A program made the position numbers and the translations under genes. A stretch of DNA of 64,000 bases from Squalus acanthias (lineage: Eukaryota), in assembly GCA_030390025.1 (NCBI GenBank), contig CM059432.1, positions 111,044,001-111,108,000 of the forward strand. Direction: 5' to 3'. The notes beneath the pieces were generated by a model. That model had not been told where the DNA came from, did not search any database, and saw only the letters and a list, made by a program, of their open reading frames with translations. Each line of letters opens with the position of its first letter. The first letter of the stretch is position 1. Positions 1 through 11,839 of the stretch are shown here, piece by piece.

Positions 1-537
1 CTTCCATTCATAACTTTCACATAAGTGCTGTGAAAGTTATGAATACTATAGCCCCCCAAAAGAACCGCTAAACCTCAATTAAATTTAAAAAAAAACCATC
101 ACATTAATAAAATAAGTATAGTTAAATAAATTAACCATTTTAAATAAAAAATTAAATTTTTGAAAAAATTTAAAATCTTTTAAAAAGTTATAAAAATAAA
201 CTTACCTGTCTTTAAAGTCTCTAAAAAAGATATACCTGTTAAAAAAAATTCAAAATAATACTTAATTCACTACTTACCTTGTTAAAAGTGGGTCTTACTC
301 CTCCTTTTTTTATGTCTAGAATCTTCCGTACTTACCTGCGCGTTGAAACCACTAAGTGCACTGCATGCGCGCAGCCTGTAGCGCGCACGCGGTTCACCTA
401 GGACCCGCCCCCTTTTCCATTCACCAAGTGCCGGTTTTCAGCGCATGCACAGTGCATGCAGAAAACCGGCAATTGGAGACAGAATACGCGAGAGTACACA
501 GTGCGTACTCTCGCGTAGCGGGACTAATTTTTGGGCC
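1..537 (-). mobile_element. Harbinger-type MITE, family 'MITE-A' (cut by window start), inserted into an E-family element
   Basis: Reverse complement of 60101-60620 and 61922-62460. Ends in TIR ...TAATTTTTGGGCC (537), followed by AAT and then E-family sequence. Confidence 0.8.
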
Positions 538-759
538 AATATCCGCTCTGGGGCGATACCGGGGCGTTGCGCACTCGACTGACGTCATGATCTGCCGGTG
601 CAGGAGATCGTGGCGGTAGTGTTTAGCGCCGCCGCAAAATGTCTAGTTAATTTCACGAGCGGCGCAAACTTCGCCGCGCCTGGGCGCCAGATGCTTTGCG
701 CCCCATTAGCGCCCTCTTAAGGCGCTAACAGGAGGCGCAACCAACTGAATTTTTCCCCC
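538..759. mobile_element. Right terminus of an E-family Harbinger element or MITE
   Basis: Closely similar to 57220-57442 and 31303-31424. Ends CAACCAACTGAATTTTTCCCCC; contains TGACGTCA and GGCGCTAA/TTAGCGCC motifs. Confidence 0.8.
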
Positions 760-1685
760 ATACTGTTTTACCTGCCAATCGTTGTTTCCAATCCACCTGG
801 GACAGATCCTTTTCAACTCCCTGAAATTAGCCCTCTTCTGGATGAATATCTTCACTTTTGAATGTTCTTTGACCCTTTCCATAACTACTCTGAACCTAAT
901 AATATTGCGATCACTGTTTCCCAAATGCTCCCCCACTGAAACATGCTCCACTTGCGCAACTTAATTCCCCAGAACTAGATCCAGCACTACTTCCTTCCTT
1001 ATTGGGCTGGAAACACACTGATCAAGAAAGTTGTCCTGTACATATTTCAGGAATTCTCAGCGAAATAGATTCTATCTTTGAATCCTCAAGCCCATATTCC
1101 CTTTCCATGTATCTTTGGTCAATACTGCCTCCACCACCCCCCCATTCCTTTCTTTCCTTCCCTATTCCTCCGGAATACATTGTAGCCAGGAAAGTTAAGT
1201 TCCCATTCCTGTCCCTGTTTAAGCCGGATCTCTGTTATTGCCCTTATATCATATCCCCATGTGGCAACTTGTGCCTGCAGCTCACCAACATTCTTTAGCA
1301 CATTCACTCCAACCCCACCTTATTCTGCTTTGCATTTCTCTCCTGTCTGATCCCTTCTCTTTCTGGACTACCCTAGTGCAGTTTGTCTCTCTCAATCCTC
1401 TACGCACCTTGTTTCTTCTCTATGATGCATCTTGCTGGTTCCCCTCAACCTGCCAAATTAGTTTAAACCTTCCCCTACAGCATTAGTTAACCTGCCTGTG
1501 AGGACATTGGTCCCAGCCCTGTTCAGGTGCAACCCGTCCATCTTGAACAGGTCTCTCCTGCCCCAGAACTGGTCCCAATGCCCCAGGAATCTGAAGCCCT
1601 CCCTCTTGTATTATTGCTCCAGCCACGCATTAACCTGCTTTATCTTGCTATTCCTATAATCACTAGCATGTGGCACTGGGAGTAA
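760..1685 (-). mobile_element. Decayed CR1 LINE fragment (end of ORF1 esterase-like region plus endonuclease region)
   Basis: Minus-strand peptides 'GLLPVPHASDYRNSKIKQVNAWLE', 'YDIRAITEIRLKQGQEWELNFPGY' and 'EHLGNSDRNIIRF' match the CR1 at 19831-21958. Confidence 0.8.
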
Positions 1686-1687
1686 GC

Positions 1688-2180
1688 CATTCACAAGGCT
1701 GATACCTGGGATGGCAGGAATGACATATGAGGAGAGATTGGGTCGATTGGGCTTATACTCGCTGGAGTATAGAAGAATGAGAGGGGATCTCATCGAAACA
1801 TATAAAATTCTGACAGGTCTGGACAAACTAGATGCAGGAAGAATGTTCCCGATGGTCGGAGAGTCCAGAACCAGGGGTCATAATCTAAGGATAACGGGTA
1901 AGTCATTTAGGACAGAAATGAGGAAGAATTTCTACACCCAGAGAGTGGTGAACCTGTGGAATTCTCTACCACAGAAGGTAGTTGAGGCCAAGTCATTAGA
2001 TATATTCAAGAATGAGTTAGATACATTTCTTAAAGCTAAAGGTATCAAGGGATATGGGGAGAAGGCAGGTTCAGGGTACTGAGTTTGGATGATCAGCCAT
2101 GATCTCATTGAATGGCGGAGCAGGCTCGAGGGGCCGAATGGCCTACTCCTGCTCCTATCTTCTATGTTTCTATGTTTCTA
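1688..2180 (+). mobile_element. 5'-truncated CR1 LINE 3' end
   Basis: 'YEERLGRLGLYSLEYRRMRGDLIETYKI...RTRGH' C-terminal CR1 motif, 3' UTR hairpin, TTCTATG tail. Confidence 0.92.
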
Positions 2181-2537
2181 AATAGGAGGGGGCCGAGGAT
2201 AGATCCTTGGGGAACTCCAGAGGTAACGATGCGGGAGTGGGAAGAGAAGCCGTTGCAGGTGATTCTTTGACTACAACTTGATAGATAGAAATGGAACCAG
2301 GCGAGGGCAGTTCCACCCAGCTGGACAATGGAGGAGAGGTGTTGAAGGAAGGTGGTGTCGCTCCAGTATGACGTAGACTTACAGTCATGAATTACATTAA
2401 ATATTTGTTATGTTACATATTACTCATGTAATTAATGATTGTAGTTTCAAAATATCTACATCCTGGAGCAAACAACACATTTTAGTTCATCAACTGCCTC
2501 GGTTTCAAAAATTATGATCATCAATAAAAATAAATAT

Positions 2538-2641
2538 AAGACTTACATTTATATTGCACCTTTCGCAGCCTCAAGCCATCCCAAAGCACTTTACAACCAC
2601 TGAAGTTCTTCTGAAGTTTAGACACTGTCATAATGTAGGAT
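2538..2641 (-). mobile_element. 3' tail of a Deu-core SINE (SacSINE1/AmnSINE1-like)
   Basis: Reverse complement resembles 11231-11335 (TCCTACATTA..CAGTG..CTTCA...GTAAAG..CTTTG...AAAGG.GC.ATATAAATG.AAGTCT). Confidence 0.7.
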
Positions 2642-3312
2642 TACAGATGAATGGAACAAAGTTAAAAAGCAAAATGGAACAAAGTTTATGCAAAATGATG
2701 CAGAAGCTACAAAATAGATCTTGAAAGTAGTTAGTTAAGAAGAGAGATGCAGTATGTGTGAGGACATGGAGAATCTCCTAACCTTTGGGATCTAAAGATT
2801 CTGCTGAAGATGTTTCTTTGCTGGGTAACCTTTCCATAAAACATTGACCCAATTCTTTTTTTCATAGCCAGCATTATTAACAATTTCACTGGGCTGCTTG
2901 TACTCAGCATGATTCATACTACCCAAGGGAATTGAGTTACAAGCTTGAAAATTCAATTGAAGATCAAATCAAAGAAACTTAGCAGTGGGAGTAAATATAT
3001 ATAAAACAAGGAATCAAATGGAGATTTACTTGTATTAATATCAATTTCTCAAGTGCAGTGCCATGTATCTGTCTACAACCAAACCATAGCAATTCTATTT
3101 ATAGCAATTTTCTTGTATAATTTTTCTCTTTGCAATCGTCATAATCATAAATTAGTTTTATCTGAAAAAGAAAGATTTACCTCCTATAATTAGGCAAATA
3201 AATATATATGCAAACAGGAATGAGCATTCCTCCCTTAACAAACTATCTGTTACAAATTTGTTTAAAGTTGTTTAAAATGGCATTGTTAGTAAACATCTAC
3301 ATTATGGGAACA

Positions 3313-3393
3313 GGAGCACAGTGGTTATGTTATTGGACTAGTGATCCAGAGGCCTGGACTAATGATCCAGAAACAAGAGTTCAAATCCCACCA
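3313..3393 (+). promoter_or_regulatory. tRNA-derived head with RNA polymerase III type-2 internal promoter (A and B boxes)
   Basis: A-box-like GGAGCACAGTGG (3313-3324), B-box GAGTTCAAATCC (3377-3388), two anticodon-type stem-loops between them. Confidence 0.75.
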
Positions 3394-6300
3394 CGGCAGC
3401 TGGGGAATTTAAATTCAGTTAATTAAATAAATCTGGAATTAAAAGCTAGTATCTGTAATGGTAACCAAGAAACTAATGGATTGTCGTAAAAACCCATCTG
3501 GTTCACTAATGTCCTTTCGGAAAGGAAATCTGCCGTCCTTACCCGGTCTGGCCTATATGTGACTCCAGACCCACAGCAATGTGGTTGACTCTTAACCGTC
3601 CTTTGAAATGGCCTAGCAAGTCACTCAGTTGTACCAAACCGCTATAAAGAATAAAATTGGACGGACGACCTAGGCACTGGACACCTAGCCCAGTCAGCTA
3701 ATATCTGGGGACTTGTGCCAAAATTCAGAGAGCAGTCCCACAGACTAGTTAAGCAACACAGCCTGACATAGTCATACTCACAGAATCATACCTTTCAGCC
3801 AATGTCCCAAATGCCTCCATCACCATCCCTGGGTATATCCTGTCCCACCCCACCAAAGATGGCGGCACAGTGCTATACAGTCAGAAGGGAGTGGCCCTGG
3901 GAGTCCTCAACATTGACTCCTGACCCCATGAAGTCTCATGGCTTCAAGTCAAACATGTGCAAGAAAACCTCCTGCTGATTACCACCTACCGCCTTCCCTC
4001 AGCTGATGAATCAGTACTCCTCCATGTTGAACACCACTTGGAAGAAGCACTGAGAGTAGCAAGGGTACAGAATATACTGTGGGTGGGGGACTTCAATGCC
4101 CATCACCAAGAGTGGCTCGGTAGCACCAATACTGGCCGAGTCCTGAAGGACATAGTTGCCAGACTGGGCCTGCGGCAGGTGGTGAGAGAACCAACATGAG
4201 GGAAAAACCTACTTGACCTCGTTGTCACCAATCTACCTGTCACAGATGCATCTGTCCATGACAGTATTGGTAGCAGTGACCACTGCACAGTCATTGTGGG
4301 GACGAAGTCCCGTCTTCACATTGAGGACACCCTCCATCATGTTGTGTGGCACTACCACCGTGCTAAATGGGATTGATTCAGAACAGATCTAGCAGCTCAA
4401 AACTGGGCACCCATGAGGCACTGTAGGCAATCAGCAGCAGCAGAATTGTATTTCACCACAATCTGTAACCTTATGGCCCAGCATATCCCTCACTCTACCA
4501 TTACCATCAAGCCAGGGGACCAACCCTGATTCAATGAGGAGTGTAGAGGTGCATGCCAGGAGCAGCACCAATAAAATGAAGTGCCAACCTGGTGAAGCTA
4601 CAACACAGGACTACATACATGCTAAAAAGCGGAAGCAGCATGCTATTGACAGAGCTAAGCGATCCCACAATCAACGGATCAGATCGAAGCTCTGCAGTCC
4701 TGTCACAATTAAGCAACTAACGGGAGGCTCCATGAATATCCCCATCCTCAATGATGGTGGAGCCCAGCACATGACTGCAAAAGCCAAGGCTGAAGTGTTT
4801 GCAACCATCTTCAGCCAGCAGTGCCGAGTGGATGATCCATCTCGGCCTCCTCCTGAGATCCTCACCATCACAGAAGCCAGTCTTCAGCCAATTCAATTCA
4901 CTCCACGTGATATCAAGAAACGGCTGAGTGCACTGGATACAGCAAAGGCTATGGGCCCCAATAACATCCCGGCTATCGTGCTGAAGACTTGTGCTCCAGA
5001 ACTAGCTGTGCCTCTAGTCAAGCTGTTCCAATACAGCTACAACACTGGCATCTACCCAACAATGTGGAAAACTGCCCAGGTATGTCCTGTCCACAAAAAG
5101 CAGAACAAATCCTATCCGGCCAATTACCGCCCCAATAGTCTACTCTCAATCATCAGCAAAGTGATGGAAGGTGCTGTCTACAGTGCTAACAAGCGGCACT
5201 TACTCACGAATAACCTGCTCACTGATGCTCAGTTTGGATTCCACCAGGACCACTCGGCTCCAGACTTTATTACAGCCTTTGTCAAAATGTGGACAAAGGA
5301 GCTGAATTCCAGAGGTGAGGTGAGAGTGACTGCCCTTGACACCAAGGCAGCATTTGACTGAGTGTGGCATCAAGGAACCCTCTTAAAATTGAAGTCAATG
5401 GGAATCAGGGGGAAAACACTCCACTGGCTTGAGTCATACCTAGCACAAAGGAAGATGCTTGTGGTTGTTGGAGGCCAATCATCGCAGCCCCAGGGCATCA
5501 CTGCAGGAGTTCCTTAGGGCAGTGTCCTAGGCCCAACCATCTTCGGCTGCTTCATCAGTGACCTTCCATCCATCATAAGGTCAGAAGTGGAGATGTTTGC
5601 TGATGACTGCACAGTGTTCAGTGCCATTCGTAACTCCTCAGATAAAGAAGCAGTCCATGCCCGCATGCAACAAGACCTGGACAACATTCAGGCTTGGGCT
5701 GATAAGTGGCAAGTAACATTCATGCCACACAAGTGCCAAGCCATGACTATCTCCAACAAGAGAGATTCTAACCACCACCCCTTGACATTCAACGGCATTA
5801 CCATCATCGAATTCCCCACCATCAACATCCTGGGGGTCACCATTGACCAGAAACTTAATTGGACCAGCCACATAAATACTGTGGCTACAAGAGCAGGTCA
5901 GAGGCTAGGGTATTCTGCAGCGAGTGACTCACCTCCTGACTCCCCAAAGCCTTTCCACCCTCTACAAGGCACAAGTCAGAATGTGATGGTATACTCTCCA
6001 CTTACCTGCATGAGTGCAGCTCCAACAACACTCAAGAAGCTCGACACCATCCAGGACAAAGCAGTCCGCTAGATTGGCACCCCATCCACTACCTTAAACA
6101 TTCACTCCCTCCACCACCGGCGCACCGTGGCTGCAGTGTGTACCATCTACAAGATGCACTGCAGCAACTCGCCAAGGCTCTTTCGACAGCACCTCCCAAA
6201 CCCACGACCTCTACCACCTAGAAGGACAAGGGCAGCAGGCGCATGGGAACACCACCACCTCCAAGTTCCCCTCCAAGTCACACACCATCCTGACTTGGAA

Positions 6301-6498
6301 ATATATCTCCGTTCCTTGATTGTCGCTGGGTCAAAATCCTGGAACTCCCTCCCGAACAGCACTGTGGGAGCACCTTGACCACATGGACTGCAGTGGTTCA
6401 AGAAGGTGGCTCACCACCACCTTCTCAAGGGCAATTACGGATGGGCAATAAATGCTGGCCTTGCCAGTGGCCCACATCCCATGAACGAATAAAAAAAA
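3313..6498 (+). mobile_element. Near full-length non-LTR retrotransposon (CR1/L2-group-like, distinct from the CR1 family here) with tRNA-derived 5' head and a single decayed APE-RT ORF
   Basis: Endonuclease motifs ('PDIVILTES', 'LWVGDFNAHH', 'IGSSDH') from ~3700. RT motifs 'AMGPNNIP', 'ANYRP', 'QFGF', 'GVP..SVLGP', 'MFADD'. 3' end CCCACATCCCATGAACGAATAAAAAAAA. Several stops and frameshifts. Confidence 0.88.
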
Positions 6499-7213
6499 TT
6501 GAACATGTGATGTGCTCAAAATTAAAAACTGAATATATTTCATGCTTTGATCATCAATGTGCAAACTCTTCATGCATCATTCTCCCCGCACACACCTCAA
6601 GCCTGTGTCATCACTCCTTCTCCCTAAAGAGCTCACCCTCAACCTTTCTACTTTCATTGACTCGTGCCTGACCTCCATCCTCCAAGGTCCTCAAATATGC
6701 CATCACCACCAAATTTTATAGCCACCTCTCCTACCACACGATTCAAATCCCTTCTGTCTGGCTCCTGCCTACACCAGTCTATCCTGGTAAAATTCACCTA
6801 CTGTATCCTGCGTGATTGCAGTCGGAGCACATTTCCCCTCCTTGCCCTCTCTTCAGCTTCAATATGACTTTCTTCCAAACCCCTCCATTTGGGCATGTCA
6901 GATTTAATGCATCTGAAGGGAGTCCTGGGAGTGCTCCATCTGACCTGACCTGAGCCCACCCTTATTGGCAGGTTCAGGTCATTTAAATCAAGCTGATGTT
7001 CCCCAGGAGCAAGCCCACTTCCTTGGCAGGGCCATGTGCCTGGAAACAGGGGCAGAAATCACCCCACTGCTGCAGACCGCTAAGGCCTGCAGTATTAGTA
7101 ATGGCTGTCAGCCTCAGGGACTACTGGTGCTGTCCAAAAACAGCAGCCAGAAGGCCTCCCTTTAACTCCAGTCCTCGTCCTGTTGGACTCCATAGATGGC
7201 AAACACTTTAAAA

Positions 7214-7405
7214 GCCCCGATTTTAACTTGGGTGGGAGTTGGACAGGCAGGGGCTGAAGCGGGCAACAAACCATCTCAACCTCGGCAGCATGATTCACAT
7301 ATTTTGAATACTTACGAGGCCCCCGCCTGCCTGCAGCCTATTCACAAGGTGAGTGCCACGCTTCCCGGTTTTAAATCCCGCATGCCCTTAGGTTAAAATC
7401 GGGCC
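7214..7405. mobile_element. Small putative Harbinger-type MITE
   Basis: Terminal inverted repeats GCCCCGATTTTAAC / GTTAAAATCGGGCC (13/14 match). No clean TSD. Confidence 0.5.
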
Positions 7406-9749
7406 TTGCTGTTTCCTGCACTGTCATTCCTGACTCTCATCATAAATACAAGGGCAGTGATGGCTCTGGAGAAAATTTAACTAACATGCTTGATCTTCCT
7501 CTTCCCCTGTGTTGGCAGTAATTTTATTGCAGACTTACTGTTTCAGACTGGGCTTTCATTCCTCCAGGGCTCAGTGTCAGAGGAAACATCTGTCTCCAAG
7601 TCGATTATGCATCCACATTTGCATCTAGAAAATTTCACCCAGCACCTTATAACTAGCCTTTATTGACTTGTTCATATTATTAATCTACTTTCACTTAATA
7701 TCTTTTGTATATTTTGAGGTTTTGGCATTATTTAAATTATATTACTGGTGATGTTTTACTGCAGAGAGGAGCAGTGCTAATGGGCTTTCCCCAGAGAGGA
7801 TCAGATAATATCATGAATTAAAATGTCTCCTGGGAGCTGCAAAATGTCTCATTCTCTGTCTCTGATTAGTCCCCGTTGGCTGCTGCTTTATGCAGACTAA
7901 TTTTAGCAGACAGTGCCTGTTCTGCTCTGTGTTGGAATGTGCAACCACAGCACAAAGTCTCATTGATTTTATTTCACTTTGTAAACAAGTATGATTATCC
8001 ACTTGCAAAAAATGAGGCATGGAATCGCAGTAATAGGGTAATGGCATGCTCTCTACAAATGCTAAGCAACATTAAGGCTATTATTTCTTTCAGCATTCAT
8101 ACCTCAAGATCATAAATAATAGTACTGCAGTGATTACAAATGATTTTCAAGGAATTCAGCAACTTGCCCGTCACTGGGCTCGGTCCAATTCCTGCAAAGT
8201 CATCAGACTACTACAAAACATAATCCAGCAAACAGATTACAATGTTGAATTTCTTTTCCTAATATGAAATTCAATACATAGATCTGAAAACATATGCAGG
8301 CTGAGGTTCTATGGGGGTTGCACCAATTTCTCATTGGAGTTACAATAGGAGACCAGTAGAACCCCATGAAGTGTCTGCCCTGTGAGCTCTTGTGCTGTGG
8401 CACGAAGCAAGATGTGGCAGCTGTCTCCTTGCTGAAATATTGCACACTACACCACTCATCCCATACTTCTATTTCTATCAATCAACAGGCACTTACTGTC
8501 AGTTTCTTGTAACTTCAGCAACCTTGACTTAGAAGGGTAATTGCAAGACCCTTTGCATCACACAGAATGCCTGCAAGGAGATGGAGCCAAATTTCAGGCC
8601 ACAGCTGACCACTATTGTCCCTGGAGTGCGACCCCATGCTGCATTCCTTGCAGAAGATGGCATGACTCTGATGACCCAGATTATTGAATACAGTTCCTCA
8701 CAGTCATTGTCAGGTAAGTGTGCCAGGGCCTGCAGATATGGTTGGTGGCACCTTGGCCGGTGAGGGCAATCAGGATACTCCAGATTTGGATCACCCCAGG
8801 AAGCCTTGTTTCATGCAATGTCGCAAAAAGAATGGCAAACTGTGATTTGAGAGTTCCCGAGGAAGCATGCAACATTACAGCTGGTTAAGCATTCACATAT
8901 CTTCATGGTGTCGAGTCTGCTGTCCAAGATTCCTTCTGGAATAGAAGTCTTTGCAAAGTGTATCTACAGATGTGGGCGCGTGTGCACCAGCAGGCAGACA
9001 CAGAGCACCTCTCCCACAGCCTCCACTGCCCTTTGTTAACCCTCCTCTCCTTCCAAACTCATCAGATTAGGAAAGTCATTGTAGCCAGTACATTAGGAGC
9101 AATTCGCATAAAGCCCAATGAGAATCTAAGTCCCAGAGCGAAAACAATACAAAGTGGAAAAATCATCAGGAAGTGGCTTTAAACTGCACCCTTTAAGTTA
9201 ATTCATCCTCACAGCTGATTCTTTAGCAGCCCTATGCACCTAGCGGCAGAAAATCCACAGGTTGCTGGTGCAAACCCACATCCCACCCTAACTCCAGTTA
9301 GTCTGCAGTGGAAGGGCCGGAATTAGTCTGGGATCTAATTGGTCCTGGCGTTCTGTAAAGATTAGGTGGGACCTTGTAAGGGTGGAACCTCTGCCTGTCC
9401 CCAGACAAGAGCAACAGTGTAGGAGGGGGCGTGCCTGGGGTGGGGACTTCCAGGTCTGGAGCTTCTGTGCACTTTGGTTGGACATTAGTATGCTGGCGGA
9501 AGCAGGCACATCAGCCCGCCCAACAGTGGAAGTGAGGACCACCTTGGGGGATCCATGAAGAAGTATTGTTAAATTAAATTTCAGTCTCCTTACAAAGGGA
9601 TTAAGGCGCACTTATATTTATTTCCAGAAAGGGAGGCCGAGAAAGGTGAGTTAATTTTATATTCATTTTCCTTGTGGGCCAGGAAGATCAGGAATGCTCC
9701 TCCGGGCCCCACAAGGAAACCTTGGGCTTCTCCAGCCCTGAGCTTCCCT

Positions 9750-10295
9750 CATAGAATCATAGAATGGTTACAGCACAGAAGAAGGCCATTCGGCCCATCG
9801 AACCCGTGCCAGCTCTCTGCAAGAGCACTTCAGCTAGTCCCACTCCCCCGCCCTTTCCCCGTAGCCCTGCTAATTCTTTTCCTTCAGGTACTTATCCAAT
9901 TCCCTTTTGAAAGCCATGATTGAGTCTGCCGCCACCACCCTTTCAGGCAGTGCATTCCAGATCATAACCACTCGCTGCGTAAAGAAGTTATTCCTCATGT
10001 CGCCTTTGGATCTTCTGCCAATCACCTTAAATTTGTGTCCTCTGGTTCTCGAGCCTTCCACCAATGGGAACAGTTTCTCTCTATCTACTCTGTCTAGACC
10101 CATCATGATTTTGAACACCTCTCTCAAATCTCCTCTCAATCTTCTCTGCTCCAAGGAGAACAACCCCAGCTTCTCCAGTCTATCCACGTAACTGAAGTAT
10201 CTCATCCCTGGAATCATTCTCGTAAATCTTTTCTGTACCCTCTCTAAAGCCATCACATCCTTCCTAAAGTGTGGTGCCCAGAATTGGACACAATC
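9750..10295 (-). mobile_element. CR1 LINE 3' fragment
   Basis: ORF 9870-10331 'CVQFWAPHFRKD..LERVQKRFTRM...RRLRGDL'; TTCTATGA tail. Confidence 0.92.
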
Positions 10296-10786
10296 CCACT
10301 CCTCGCCAGGCTCCCTGCGTACGTTTTCCACTCATAGGGAACATATAGAAATTAGAGGAACAAACTAACCTAGTAAAATGTGACAAACGTGTCACAGGCA
10401 CACCCTGACATTTGTGCCTTTGGAAAAATAGAGCAATGGTGCTTATTCATGTCATTAGCAGCCTAGTTGAAATTGTATTTTGTAAAATCCCAAATTATCA
10501 GCTTTCTGAAGTTGAAGCCTAAAGTTATTTAATCTAAATGCTAATCACTAATGTGATGGATCTGGAGCATCAAAGCTACTGGGCTTGGGCATTGATTCAA
10601 GAAAGCTTGAGGACCTGGCAGGGATAACTTTAAGCTTTACAAAACTCATCAATAATTTATGCCTGACCATTTTCTGTTCACTGTGTCTACATAAGTTTGT
10701 TGGCTCCTATAGTCAGCTTAAAACTTAATGCTTATAATTCTACCTTTAATTTTGATAGTTTAACTATTTTGGAAATTATTAAGTGT

Positions 10787-11340
10787 CTGGCTAATATTGA
10801 TCCCTCAACAAACATCACTAAAAACAAACTCTCTGGTTATTATCTCATTGCTGTTTGTGGGAGCTTGCTCTGCACAAATTGGCTGCCGCGTTTCCTACAA
10901 ACGTCTTTCAGATGAGACGTTAAACCGAGGCCCCATCTGCTCTCTCAGGTGGACGTAAAAGATCCCATGGCACTATTCGAAGAAGAGTAGGGGAGTTATC
11001 CCCGGTGTCCTAGCCAATATTTATCCCTCAATCAACATCACTAAAACAGATTATCTGGTCATTATCACATTGCTGTTTGTGGGACCTTGCTGTGTGCAAA
11101 TTGGCTCCGCGTTTCCTACATTATAACAGTGACTCCACTTCAAACAGTATTTCATTGTCTGTAAAGCGCTTTGAGACGTCCGGTGGTCGTGAAAGGCGCT
11201 ATATAAATGCAAGTCTTTCTTTCTTTCTTCTATTACAACAGTGACTACACTTCAAAAGTACTTCATTGGCTGTAAAGCGTGTTGGCATGTCCTGAGGTCG
11301 TGAAAGGCGCTATAGAAATGCAAGATCTTTCTTCTTTCTT
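10787..11340 (+). mobile_element. Two nested Deu-core SINE copies (inner ~10900-11230 inside an outer copy)
   Basis: Deu-core text 'CAGATGAGACGTTAAACCGAGGCCCC...GATCCCATGGCACTATT'. Duplicated 'CATTGCTGTTTGTGGGA.CTTGCT' and two L2-like tails 'GTAAAGCG...GAAAGGCGCTATA.AAATGCAAG'. Confidence 0.8.
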
Positions 11341-11344
11341 TATG

Positions 11345-11640
11345 ATTAAGAGCCAAGAGTGAAGTTTAACAAAAGTATAAACTAGTATTATAGTGATAAA
11401 GGGAGAGGAAAGGTGATTTTTCTTTACAAAAAGGATTATTAGGACATGGAATGCTTTACCAGAAACAATGACAGCAGCAAAATCCATAGTAGCTTTAAAA
11501 GGAAAGTGGATAAGAAAGAAAAAATTACAAGAGTATAGGGAAAGGGCAGGAAAATGAGACTAAGTGCATAGGTCTTTCAGAGAGCCAGCGCAGGGGCAAT
11601 AGGACAAATGGCCTTCTTCTCTGCTGTAAGTTGTTGTGAT
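11345..11640 (+). mobile_element. Old, decayed CR1 3' end
   Basis: 'TTTACAAAAAGG...TGGAATGCTTTACC', 'GGGCAATAGGACAAATGGCCTTCTTCT' resemble other CR1 3' ends. Confidence 0.6.
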
Positions 11641-11839
11641 GCTACAGTAGCACCAGTCACACCCAGTGCCATGTTTCTGAGCTAATGAGTTGCTCGAAGA
11701 TTAGCAGACACAGATGGCTGGGGCAAGCTAGAGGCCTGTTGAGTCTATGAATTTGACTTTTGGCATCCCAGTAAGGGCAAAAATTGAAAATCATTCCAAA
11801 AGAGCTTCAGAATTCAACATCAAGACAGCAGTCCCAATT

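Noticed and set aside
3313..3393. Functional tRNA gene
   Set aside because: The acceptor stem is incomplete, the anticodon arm is duplicated and no T-run terminator follows. It is a retroposon head.
8640..8720. Possible host exon ending at CAG|GTAAGT (~8713)
   Set aside because: No recognisable protein similarity and no supporting partner exons; cannot be supported without RNA-seq or homology.
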